A DNA stretch of 64,000 bases from an uncultured Actinomycetes bacterium (lineage in GTDB: Bacteria > Actinomycetota > Thermoleophilia > UBA2241). The DNA lies in the NCBI GenBank assembly GCA_963709345.1, contig CAVPVX010000002.1:224001-288000 (forward strand), given 5' to 3'. The position numbers were made by a program, and so were the translations under genes. Within the stretch, counting starts at the first letter, position 1, and each line of letters starts with the position of its first letter. A model generated the notes under the pieces. That model worked only from the letters and a program-made list of their open reading frames with translations, was not told the origin of the DNA and made no database searches. This document shows, piece after piece, positions 1-8,758 of this stretch.

Positions 1-1174
1 CCGCTGCCGGCTCGGCCGAAGCTTCAGGCGCCGGATCGGCCGGCGCATCCGGCCCCTCGATCCGCTCCCGCACCTGCCGGTTCACGATCGCGCCGTCGCG
101 AGTGAGCACGCTGCCGGCCAGGACCTCGTCGTCCCAATCCAGCAGGAGCTCACCGTCCTTGATGAACGGCGTGAGGAAGTGCATGAGGTTACGCGCATAC
201 TGGTCGCTCGCGTGCACCGGCAGCATGCCCGGGATGTTGAGCGGGCCGTAGATGAACACACCGTTGGGATGGTTGTACTGCTCGCCGGGCCGGGTGAGCT
301 CGCAATTGCCGCCGCCCTCGGCGGCCATGTCGATGATCACCGCTCCCGGCTTCATCTTCTCGACCACATCGGCCGTGATCAGCTTCGGCGACGGCCGACC
401 CGGGATGGCCGCCGTGGTGATGACGGCATCGGCCTCGATGATGTGGCTGTCGACGACCCCCTTTGTTTTGGCCTTCTCCTCGTCGGTCAGTTCCCGCGCG
501 TAGCCGTCTTTCACCTCGGCGTCGATCCCGGTGTCGATGAAGCGGCCGCCTAGGGACTGCACCTGCTCGCGTGTCACGGCGCGCACGTCGTAGGCCTCCA
601 CGACCGCGCCGAGGCGCCGCGCGGTGGCGATGGCCTGGAGCCCGGCCACGCCGACGCCCAGCACGAGGACCTTGGCCGGGCGCAACGTGCCGGCAGGCGT
701 CGTGAGCATCGGGAAGTATCGGCCGGCCATGCACGCCGACATCAGCACCGCCTTGTAGCCGGCGATGGACGCCTGCGACGTCAGCGCGTCCATCGACTGC
801 GCCCGCGAGATGCGCGGCAGCAGCTCGAGAGCGAAGCTCGTTATGCCGCGGTCGCGCAGGGCCTTGATCGCGTCGTCCGCCTTGTAGGGCTGCAGGAGGC
901 CGATGACGACGGCGTCCCCGCGCATCATCTGCGTCTCGTCGGGTGACGGAGCGTCGACCTTCAGCACCACGTCGGCGGCGAAGACCTCCGCGGCCGAGTC
1001 GACGAGCATGGCCGCGCCGAACTCTTCGTCGCGGATGTGACTGAGCCGGCCGGCAGAGCGCTCGACGAGCACCTCCGCGCCCAGCATCACGTACTTCTCG
1101 GCGACCGCCGGAACGAGCGCTATGCGCGTCTCTCCGGTCGCCGTCTCTCTGGGCACGCCGATGCGAACGGCCAT
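1..1174 (-). CDS. pntA: NAD(P) transhydrogenase subunit alpha (3' end runs off window)
   Basis: Not in the ORF track because its stop lies outside the window. Read manually from ATG 1174: MAVRIGVPRETATGETRIALVP...RISRAQSMDALTSQASIAGYKAV...VLVLGVGVAGLQAIATARRLGA...GGNCELT. GGAGG RBS upstream. Confidence 0.93.
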   Translation of the reverse strand, partial: MAVRIGVPRETATGETRIALVPAVAEKYVMLGAEVLVERSAGRLSHIRDEEFGAAMLVDSAAEVFAADVVLKVDAPSPDETQMMRGDAVVIGLLQPYKADDAIKALRDRGITSFALELLPRISRAQSMDALTSQASIAGYKAVLMSACMAGRYFPMLTTPAGTLRPAKVLVLGVGVAGLQAIATARRLGAVVEAYDVRAVTREQVQSLGGRFIDTGIDAEVKDGYARELTDEEKAKTKGVVDSHIIEADAVITTAAIPGRPSPKLITADVVEKMKPGAVIIDMAAEGGGNCELTRPGEQYNHPNGVFIYGPLNIPGMLPVHASDQYARNLMHFLTPFIKDGELLLDWDDEVLAGSVLTRDGAIVNRQVRERIEGPDAPADPAPEASAEPAA

Positions 1175-1366
1175 CTATCCTCCCCCTCGGAGCGAGCCCC
1201 GTCAGGGGGCTCGTGCGATGCGTTCCCGCGGGCCTGCCGAAGAAAACCTCGTGCCGCCAGTAGAAACACGGCGACCGGGACGCTGGACCGGGGGCAGGCC
1301 GGAGCGTGGCACGGGGAAGCAAGGCCGGCGGCCGGCGGCGCAACCGCTCAGGCGAGGCCGAACGTC

Positions 1367-3169
1367 CTAGGAGCGAAGCCTGCGGACGGCGATCGACACC
1401 GAGCCGAGCCCCACATGCGTCGTGAGTACGGCGCCGGCGCGCACGACGGGCACGTCGCCACCGAGGTACTTGCGCAGACGGGCAGCCACGAACTCCGCGC
1501 CGGCCTCGTCGCCGCTGTGCACGACCATGGCGCGCGCGGGAGCGCCGGCGGCGTAGCGGACGGTGCGCTTGACGATGGCGTTCAGGGCGCGGTCGAATCC
1601 CAGCGCTGCGCCCCCCTTGCCTGCTTTGCCCGTCTCGTCGAACACGATGATCGGCGCCAGTTTCAGCCGCCCGAGCGTGCGCGCCAGACGCGGGCTCACG
1701 CGGCCGCCACGAACGGCGAAATCAAGCGACGCGACGGTGCCGAAGATGCGGATGTCGCGCTTGACGCGCTCGGCGACCGCCTCGACCTCGTCCAGGCTCT
1801 CGCCGGCGGCGATGGCTTCGCCGATCGCCTCAACGAGCAGTCCCGCACCGACGGAGACGCCACACGAGTCGATCACGCGGACGCGCTGCGGGTCGACCTC
1901 ACGCATTGCGGCTCGGGCGGACTGGACCGTGCCCGACATCGCGCCGGCGATGTGCACCGAGACGACGCCTTCACGGTACTCCAGCAGCCGGCGGTAGGTG
2001 CCGACGAAGTCGGCGACCGCCGGCTGGGACGACCGCGGGACTCCCGTACCGGCGACGATACGCTGGATGAACCCGTCGAGAGTGATGTCGACGCCGTCGA
2101 GGTACTCCTCGTCGCCGAGCGACAGCGTGAGCGGTACGGCGACGACGCCAAGCGCGAAGGCCGTCTCTTCCGGCAGGTCCGTGGTCGAGTCGGTGACGAT
2201 CGCGAGCGCCGACTCGCGCCCGGCAAGCTGCTGAAGCACCATATCGTCGATCTTGCTCCGCTCGATGGCCCCGAGCTCGGCAACCGACGCCAGGAAGTGC
2301 TGGGGCTCGTTCGTGTGGATGTGGACGCGGAGCCTGGTTTCGCCGCCGGCGACCACCAGCGAGTCGCCCAGACCCAGCACGCGAGCCATGACGGCGTCGC
2401 GCGAGAGAGTCGCCCCGTCACGCGGCGTCAGGAGCGCCTCGGTGCAGAAGCGGTAGGTGTCGTCGATCTCGACGTGATCGGCCGAGAACGGCGGCAGCCC
2501 ATGCGGCGAGGCCTCCGTCGGCACCCAGGCGGCCTCGTGGCCGCCGCGCAGGGAATCCATGAATCCCTCGAGGAAGTACACGAATCCCTGGCCGCCGGCG
2601 TCGACGACGCGGCTACGGGCGAGCACCTCGAGCTGCCGGGGCGTGGCGGCAAGGGCTTCGCGCGCCGCCACCAGCCCGCTGTGCATCAGGTCGGTGAAGT
2701 CCTCCTCGTGAGCCCGGCGGCCGAGCTCGTGCGACCACGCCTTGAGCACCGAGAGGATCGTCCCCTCGCGAGGATCCTGCAGGGCCGAGTAGGCCGACTC
2801 CGTGCCCCTCAGCGCAGCGTCGGCGAACTGTGGCCCGTCGACGCGTTGCAGGCGCTCCAGAGAGCCGGCGAGGCCGTGGAGGAACTGGGCGAAGATCGCG
2901 CCGGAGTTGCCGCGCGCGCCGTCGAGAGCGCCGTCGGCGGCGGCTCTTGCCGCGGCGCCCACCGCGTCGGGAGCGGCGCTCCCGAGGCGAGAGGCCGCCG
3001 CTTTGAGGGTCGCCGCGAGATTGGCGCCGGTGTCGGCGTCACGGACCGGGAAGACGTTGATGCGGTTGAGCGACTCCTGCTCGCGGACCACGGCGAGCGC
3101 GCCGGCACGCATCACACGCGAGAACACCGGGCCGTTCATCGTGCCGGCATCGTCGAGCACTCGAGCCAT
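1367..3169 (-). CDS. DAK2 domain / DegV fusion protein (FakA-FakB-like fatty acid kinase fusion)
   Basis: N-term LNRINVFPVRDADTGANL, GARGNSG, VVDAGGQG, RVHIHTNEP (DAK2/FakA); C-term IVTDSTTDLP, SSQP, SGTVQSA, GGRV, THVGLG (DegV). Confidence 0.9.
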   Translation of the reverse strand: MARVLDDAGTMNGPVFSRVMRAGALAVVREQESLNRINVFPVRDADTGANLAATLKAAASRLGSAAPDAVGAAARAAADGALDGARGNSGAIFAQFLHGLAGSLERLQRVDGPQFADAALRGTESAYSALQDPREGTILSVLKAWSHELGRRAHEEDFTDLMHSGLVAAREALAATPRQLEVLARSRVVDAGGQGFVYFLEGFMDSLRGGHEAAWVPTEASPHGLPPFSADHVEIDDTYRFCTEALLTPRDGATLSRDAVMARVLGLGDSLVVAGGETRLRVHIHTNEPQHFLASVAELGAIERSKIDDMVLQQLAGRESALAIVTDSTTDLPEETAFALGVVAVPLTLSLGDEEYLDGVDITLDGFIQRIVAGTGVPRSSQPAVADFVGTYRRLLEYREGVVSVHIAGAMSGTVQSARAAMREVDPQRVRVIDSCGVSVGAGLLVEAIGEAIAAGESLDEVEAVAERVKRDIRIFGTVASLDFAVRGGRVSPRLARTLGRLKLAPIIVFDETGKAGKGGAALGFDRALNAIVKRTVRYAAGAPARAMVVHSGDEAGAEFVAARLRKYLGGDVPVVRAGAVLTTHVGLGSVSIAVRRLRS

Positions 3170-3268
3170 CGTCGCCCCTCACTCCCCTGGTCGTCTGTCT
3201 CGCTGAGCCTTTGCCAGTCTACCCGGACGAGCGGCGCTAGACACGAGCTCCGCCGACCCGGGCCGCGG

Positions 3269-3775
3269 TCAGCCCACCGGAGGCGCTCCGATGGCCTTCA
3301 GCGCCTTGCGCGCCTCCGCGGCGACGTGAGCGTCAGGGTCGCCGAGCGCACGCCGCAGCGTGTCGGCGGCCGCCGGGTCGCCGATGCCGCCGAGGGCCTG
3401 GACGCAGAGCAGTCGCAGCAACGCATCGGGGTTGTGCATGGCGACGCACAGCGGCTTGACGGCGACAGGGTCACCCATCTTGCCGAGAACGTAGGCGGCG
3501 TCCTGGCGACGATGAAGGTGTCCTTCCTTGAGAACGAAGATCAGACGATCGCGAGCCGGCGGCCCGATGAGGATGAGCGCCTCGCGCGACGTGTTGAGTT
3601 GGACCATGTTCTTGGTCTGCAGGCGCTGGATGATCTTGTCCAGATAGCTCTCAAGAGACTGGAGCGCAGCCTCGCGAATGGCAGGGTCCTTCTTGTACTT
3701 GGCGGCGCGCACGAGGCCGTCGATCTTGCCGGCGGCGTCGAGCTTGGCCACGTTCGGTGGGCCGAACAACCCCAC
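3269..3775 (-). CDS. HEAT/PBS-lyase repeat protein
   Basis: GTG 3775 with GGAG RBS; repeated units RQDAAYVLGKMGDPVAVKPL and VQALGGIGDPAAADTL. Confidence 0.8.
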   Translation of the reverse strand: MGLFGPPNVAKLDAAGKIDGLVRAAKYKKDPAIREAALQSLESYLDKIIQRLQTKNMVQLNTSREALILIGPPARDRLIFVLKEGHLHRRQDAAYVLGKMGDPVAVKPLCVAMHNPDALLRLLCVQALGGIGDPAAADTLRRALGDPDAHVAAEARKALKAIGAPPVG

Positions 3776-3847
3776 GTGCGTCTCCTTTTTCACGGACCGG
3801 CGCCGCGACGGCACCCGAGGTGACAGTCTACCTCAGCCGGGCGTGGC

Positions 3848-4786
3848 CTACCGCAGGATCCGGTTGGCCACATCCAGGAGTCGTGCCGGGAGATCGCGGT
3901 AGGTCCGCACCGGGAAGACGTCGCCGTGCCCCGCATCGGCGAGCCGCCGGCACAGCCCCGGGTTCATCTTGTAGTCCTCGGTGAGCAGGACGAACAGCTT
4001 CGGGAAGCGATGGGCGAGCGGCAGCGGGTCGCCGCCGGCCGTGACGACGCCGTCGCTGATGAGCAGGCCGCTGCGCCGCGGGCTGCGGCCGCGCTCCAGT
4101 TCTGCTGCGCCGAGTTCCAGCGCGGCCGCGATGTTCGTGTAGCCGCGCACCGGCTGGTCGAGCATGCGTCGCACGACCTCCGTCGCGGGGTCGGGCACGT
4201 CGAGATGCGTCACGGCCGTCGCCTTGTCTTCGAACACGACCACCGACAGGTCCTCGGGGTGCAGCTTGAGCGCCAAGACCGCCGCGGCGACCGCGGCGAT
4301 GGCCATGTTCTCCCCCGACATGCTCAGCGACGTGTCGACCATGAGCACGACCTGGTGGCGGCGGTCGACCCGCCGCCGGACCACCCAGTCGCCCGGCTCC
4401 GGGTACGGCTTTCCGAGCAGGTTGTCGACCGTCGCCTCGACGTCGAGTTCGCCGGCGTACGGCTCGCGCAGCGGCTCGCGAATCGTGTGCGTGGCGCCCT
4501 TCAGCGGACCGACGAGGCGGGTGGCGCGCTGCAGCACAGCCCGCGCCGCCAGCCGCTCGGCGTAGAAGCGCAGGCCCGGGTCGCCGATGCGACAGCCGCT
4601 ACGCGTCAGGTTGATGGCGATCGTCCAGCCGTCGAGGTCGGGTACGTCGACGCGATAGCGATCGGCGAGCGCCGCGAGCGGTGCGTCGCCCGGAGGCGGC
4701 TCCGGCGCGCACGCCGGCAGCCCCCGGACCTCGACGCGCCCCTGGTGCCGCAGGCGCGCCCCGGAGAGGGCGCTCAGGCTTTTGGG
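3848..4786 (-). CDS. VWA (MIDAS) domain coding frame, -1 relative to the upstream AAA ORF; likely the C-terminal half of a ~618-aa frameshift fusion
   Basis: MIDAS VDTSLSM, GYTNIAAAL, LISDG. The frame is open and resembles the fused paralog upstream of its first start codon (GTG 4537), e.g. LADRYRVDVPDLDGW vs LADHLRLPVEELDGW. Confidence 0.8.
   Translation of the reverse strand, partial: PKSLSALSGARLRHQGRVEVRGLPACAPEPPPGDAPLAALADRYRVDVPDLDGWTIAINLTRSGCRIGDPGLRFYAERLAARAVLQRATRLVGPLKGATHTIREPLREPYAGELDVEATVDNLLGKPYPEPGDWVVRRRVDRRHQVVLMVDTSLSMSGENMAIAAVAAAVLALKLHPEDLSVVVFEDKATAVTHLDVPDPATEVVRRMLDQPVRGYTNIAAALELGAAELERGRSPRRSGLLISDGVVTAGGDPLPLAHRFPKLFVLLTEDYKMNPGLCRRLADAGHGDVFPVRTYRDLPARLLDVANRILR
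4308..4537. repeat. 230-bp direct repeat, copy 1
   Basis: Identical by eye to 6277-6506 (ttctcccccgac...gctgcagcac). Confidence 0.9.
4756..4786 (-). other. Candidate programmed -1 ribosomal frameshift cassette
   Basis: Minus strand: C CCA AAA (4786-4780, X XXY YYZ in the AAA frame), spacer GCCTGA containing the stop, hairpin GCGCCCT-CTCC-GGGGCGC (4773-4756). Confidence 0.65.
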
Positions 4787-5703
4787 GAGCCCGCGTCCGG
4801 CGCCAGCGCCACGTCCGGGTCTTCACCTCGCTCCAGAACCAGATCGAGGAGCTCGTCGAGGGCGGTGCCGAAGTCGGCGTCGATGTCGTCGCGCAGATCC
4901 ACGCGCGTCGTCAGAGCGGCTTCAGCCGCGCGGCGCAGCGTCTCGCGGCTCACCGGTCCGCAGGCGTCACGGTTCTCGGCCGAGAGCCGCTCGGCGATCG
5001 CCACCGTGGCGATGGCGCCCCGGACGGAGGCGCCTTTGCGAAAGCGCGGGTGCAGCCGCGTCGCCCGCGTGAGACGCACCGCGGTCTGCACCAGCGCCGC
5101 GTCACTCGAGCCCGTCTCGGCGACCACGATCGCCTGCTCCTCTTCGGCGCCCTGGTAGAGCAGGGCGAGGTGCTCGAAGCGATCGCGCAGCGCCTCCGAG
5201 AGGTGGCCGGTGGCGACGTACTCGACCGGGTTCTGCGTCGCCACCACCTGGAAGCCGTCGGCGGCACGCACCTCGCCGATGTGCGGCACCTGGACGAGGT
5301 GCTCGTCGAGCGCCGGCAACAGCACGTTCTGCACGGATTCGGGCATGCGGTTGAGCTCGTTGATGAAGAGCACGCGGCCGTCGCGCATCGCCTCGACCAA
5401 GGGGCCGGCGAAGAACGAGTCCTCACCGTACCCCTGCTTGAGCACCAGCGGTGGGTCGAACCAGCCGGTGAGCTTGCTCTCCGAATAGCGGTCGTCCCCG
5501 TCGACGCGCACCGTCTCGCGGCCGAGGTGGCTGCAGACGGCCAGAGCGACGGTCGTCTTGCCGACGCCCACTGGCCCCTCGAGCAGAAGGTGTCTGCCGG
5601 TCCCGAGCACGGCAAGGGCCGTCGCCAGTTCGCTCTCGCGCCCGACGATGCCGTGCTGCCGCTGGATGCTCTCGATGGGGGTCACGCGCTCCTCCTCGTC
5701 CAC
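4774..5703 (-). CDS. MoxR-like AAA+ ATPase
   Basis: HLLLEGPVGVGKT (Walker A), LFINELNR (atypical Walker B), VVATQNP, LSEALRDRF, ASVRG. Confidence 0.9.
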   Translation of the reverse strand: MDEEERVTPIESIQRQHGIVGRESELATALAVLGTGRHLLLEGPVGVGKTTVALAVCSHLGRETVRVDGDDRYSESKLTGWFDPPLVLKQGYGEDSFFAGPLVEAMRDGRVLFINELNRMPESVQNVLLPALDEHLVQVPHIGEVRAADGFQVVATQNPVEYVATGHLSEALRDRFEHLALLYQGAEEEQAIVVAETGSSDAALVQTAVRLTRATRLHPRFRKGASVRGAIATVAIAERLSAENRDACGPVSRETLRRAAEAALTTRVDLRDDIDADFGTALDELLDLVLERGEDPDVALAPDAGSPKA

Positions 5704-5789
5704 TGCCGTCCCGGCTGCGCTCGCCCACAGCGGGGACGACCGCCCTGCCAGTCTACCAACGCCCGGGGCCCGTCACAGCCCGCGGGCGG

Positions 5790-7664
5790 CTACCGCAAGA
5801 CCGCGTCGGCCACCTCGAGCATACGTCGCGGCAGCGCGGCAAAGCCGCTCACCCGCACCACCCCCCCGTCGCTCGCCCGCGCGACGGCCTCCCCGACCGC
5901 ACGTCGCGGCGAGATCCACACGCCTTCTCCGCTCGAGAGAGGCTCGTCCACGAGCAGGACGTGCAGCGCCCCGAACGACGCCGCCGCGGCACGGGGATCG
6001 GGACCGACCGTGTACACGCAGTCACTGACGAGCAGGCCGCTGCGACGCGGATCGCGGCCACGCCGCAACTCGGCGTGGCCGCGCTCGAGCGCGGCGGCGA
6101 TATGCGTCCCGCCACCGCACGGCGACGACAGCATGCGCCGCACGAATTCCGTGGGCGCCACGGACTCCCCGAAGCGGGAGATCGTACGCGCCTCGCCGGC
6201 GAAGAGCACGACGGAGAGATCGCCCGCATGCAGCTTGAGCGCCAGCACGGTCGCCGCCACCGTCGCCAGCGCCATCTTCTCCCCCGACATGCTCAGCGAC
6301 GTGTCGACCATGAGCACGACCTGGTGGCGGCGGTCGACCCGCCGCCGGACCACCCAGTCGCCCGGCTCCGGGTACGGCTTTCCGAGCAGGTTGTCGACCG
6401 TCGCCTCGACGTCGAGTTCGCCGGCGTACGGCTCGCGCAGCGGCTCGCGAATCGTGTGCGTGGCGCCCTTCAGCGGACCGACGAGGCGGGTGGCGCGCTG
6501 CAGCACGGCTCCGGCCGCGAGACGCTGGGCGCAGGCTTCCACGCGTGCGCCGGCCCCGCTCACCTCGCCGGCGCTGAGGGCGCCGGCCAGCCACCAGCCG
6601 TCGAGCTCTTCCACCGGCAGGCGCAGATGATCGGCCAGAGATCGCCGGTCGTCCAGCGCGTACGCGGGGGCGGCGTCGGCGGTCGTCGACCTGGATGCGG
6701 GCACTGGCGGCGCCCCCTGCGCCTCCCGGCGTACCTCCGCTCCTCCGTCCCGGCCCTCCGGGGGGGCGGCAGCCACGACGGCGTCCGGGTCTTCGCCGCG
6801 GTCGACGACCTTCGCCAGGACGTCGTCGAGCACGCCGGCGACGTCGAGGACGGCGCCGTCACGCACCTCGACGCGAGTCGTGAGGGCGGTGTGGACCGCG
6901 CGGCGCAGCATCTCGCGGCCGGTCCCGGCCTTGACGCGCTCCCCCTCGAGCCTCTCGGCGACGGCCACGGTGGCCGACGCGCCGCGCACCGAGGCTCCGC
7001 TATGAAGTTCGGGGTGCACACGCGTCGCCCGCGTGAGCCGCACGGCCGTGCGCACGAGCGCCGCGTTCGCGGAGCCGGTGTCCGCAGCCACGATGGCCGC
7101 CTCCTCGCCGGCGCTCTGATAGCCGAGGGCGAGGTGCTCGAAGCGGTCACGAAGCGCCTCCGAGAGCCCCCCTGTGGCCACGCGCTCCCCGGGATTCGCC
7201 GTCGCCACCACGAGAAAGCCCTGCGCAGCCCGCACATCGCCAAGACCCGGGACCTGTACCAGGCCCTCGTCGAGCGCGGGCAGGAGCACGTTCTGCACCG
7301 GCTCGGGCATGCGGTCGAGATCGTTGACGAGCAGAACGCCTCCGCTGCGCATCGCAGCCACCAGAGGGCCGGGCGAGAAGGAGTGCTCCCCGTAGCCGCG
7401 CACGAGCACGAGCGGCGGCTCGAACCAGCCGACGAGCCTGCTCACGGAGTAGCCGCCGTCGCCGTCGACGCGCAGCGTCGCGCGACCGAGGCCGTCGCAG
7501 ACGGCCAGCGCCACCGTCGTCTTGCCCACGCCGACCGGACCCTCGAGGAGCAGATGCCGCTCCCCGGCCAGAACCGCGCGGGCGATCGCAAGCTCCCTGT
7601 TACGCCCCACGATCACGCGCGGCGGCGGGACGGCCGCTCCCGCGCTCAGAACGTCGGCGTTCAC
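5790..7664 (-). CDS. MoxR-like AAA+ ATPase fused in frame to a VWA domain (624 aa)
   Basis: GPVGVGKT, LLVNDLDR, ATANP, LSEALRDRF; C-term VDTSLSM, GGTHIAAAL, LVSD. Confidence 0.88.
   Translation of the reverse strand: MNADVLSAGAAVPPPRVIVGRNRELAIARAVLAGERHLLLEGPVGVGKTTVALAVCDGLGRATLRVDGDGGYSVSRLVGWFEPPLVLVRGYGEHSFSPGPLVAAMRSGGVLLVNDLDRMPEPVQNVLLPALDEGLVQVPGLGDVRAAQGFLVVATANPGERVATGGLSEALRDRFEHLALGYQSAGEEAAIVAADTGSANAALVRTAVRLTRATRVHPELHSGASVRGASATVAVAERLEGERVKAGTGREMLRRAVHTALTTRVEVRDGAVLDVAGVLDDVLAKVVDRGEDPDAVVAAAPPEGRDGGAEVRREAQGAPPVPASRSTTADAAPAYALDDRRSLADHLRLPVEELDGWWLAGALSAGEVSGAGARVEACAQRLAAGAVLQRATRLVGPLKGATHTIREPLREPYAGELDVEATVDNLLGKPYPEPGDWVVRRRVDRRHQVVLMVDTSLSMSGEKMALATVAATVLALKLHAGDLSVVLFAGEARTISRFGESVAPTEFVRRMLSSPCGGGTHIAAALERGHAELRRGRDPRRSGLLVSDCVYTVGPDPRAAAASFGALHVLLVDEPLSSGEGVWISPRRAVGEAVARASDGGVVRVSGFAALPRRMLEVADAVLR
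6277..6506. repeat. 230-bp direct repeat, copy 2
   Basis: Identical by eye to 4308-4537. Confidence 0.9.
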
Positions 7665-7779
7665 GTCACGCCCCTCGCGCGAGGCACGGCGAGATCACGG
7701 CGGTGTGTCGCGTTCTGTCCGCACCCGTTCTCATGAGGCGCCTCCGTGAAGATGGTCGCAGAGTCGCACAGGTTCCCTC

Positions 7780-7809
7780 AGTATCGTGCGCAATCACACA
7801 CACAGTCAA
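7780..7809 (-). promoter_or_regulatory. Putative sigma70-type promoter for the AAA-VWA gene
   Basis: TTGACT-18 bp-GATACT on the minus strand. Confidence 0.4.
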
Positions 7810-7929
7810 CGATGGCCCGCTCCCACGCCGCCCACCCCGCCGCCGCGCGCCCGAGCCGCGCGATCGTGCGACGATCGGCTACTGCGACGTCGGGTATCGC
7901 CGCACACCCGCCTGCCGTACACTTCTGGG

Positions 7930-8703
7930 GTGATGCTGCCGCCCGACATCGGCCTGCCGACCGACGCCTGGTACCGGCGTCCTCTGGGCGAAGCGCTCGA
8001 GCGGGTCGCCCTCCGCGCCGAACTGGCGGAGATCTACTCGGCCGACGACCACAGCCTCCTCGCCGCCGACAACCGCCGCGCCGCGGCCGGGAGCGGCCTG
8101 CGGCTCACGGTGCACGGCCCCTTCGACGATGTCGAGACGGGTGCCACACGCGAGCGCGACCGAAGGTTCGCCATGCGTACGCACCGCCGCCACCTCGAAG
8201 CTGCGGCCGAGATCGGGGCGCTCACTTACGTGGTGCACCCCGACTATCGCGGCTGCAGCCTGCCCCGCGACCGAGAGGTGGTCGCGGCCCTGCAGAGGTC
8301 GATCGCCGAGTTCGAGGAGTGGCAGCGCGAGCTGGGCGTGCGCATCGTCATCGAGAACATGCCGGGCATCGGCTACTCGCACTTCGGCGCCCCCGGAGAC
8401 CTCGACCTCGGCGAGCTGGGGCTCGTCCTCGACACCGGTCACGCGGCGATCTGCGGCACCCTGCACGACTTCCTGAGCGAGCCTCGGGCGCGGTTGGCCC
8501 ACGTGCACCTGCACGACAACCGTGGCCCCGCCGACGCCGGCGACCCGCACCTGCCGCTCGGCAGGGGCATCGTCGATGTCGACGCCGTCATGCGCGCGGC
8601 GCGCGCCAGCGGCGCCACGGTGATCCTGGAAGTGCTCAGCGAGGAGAGCATCGCCGAGAGCGTGGCCTACATGGAGCACCGCGGTCTGCTCGCCGCCGGC
8701 TGA
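7930..8703 (+). CDS. Sugar phosphate isomerase/epimerase (xylose isomerase-like TIM barrel), paralog 1
   Basis: TVHGPF, VVHP, IENMP, LDTGHA, HVHLHDNRG, DPHLPLGRG, ILE. Start GTG 7930 or ATG 7933. Confidence 0.85.
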   Translation: MMLPPDIGLPTDAWYRRPLGEALERVALRAELAEIYSADDHSLLAADNRRAAAGSGLRLTVHGPFDDVETGATRERDRRFAMRTHRRHLEAAAEIGALTYVVHPDYRGCSLPRDREVVAALQRSIAEFEEWQRELGVRIVIENMPGIGYSHFGAPGDLDLGELGLVLDTGHAAICGTLHDFLSEPRARLAHVHLHDNRGPADAGDPHLPLGRGIVDVDAVMRAARASGATVILEVLSEESIAESVAYMEHRGLLAAG

Positions 8704-8758
8704 GCGGCGCCCCACGCGACACCCATGGCAACGTCACGGGTGGCGTCCCGCGCGTTCC

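Noticed and set aside
1037-3823. 928-aa + strand ORF and many similar long ORFs (e.g. 4681-6630, 21705-23393, 48506-50293)
   Set aside because: Antisense or alternate-frame shadows of real genes in very GC-rich DNA; Arg/Ala/Gly-rich with no recognisable motifs.
4774-4776. Selenocysteine or stop-codon readthrough at the AAA TGA
   Set aside because: In-frame readthrough does not lead into the VWA frame, which is -1.
7784-7803. Rex-like operator or CA microsatellite (tcgtgcgcaatcacacacac)
   Set aside because: Too many mismatches to TTGTGAA-N4-TTCACAA and too short a repeat; better explained as a promoter spacer.
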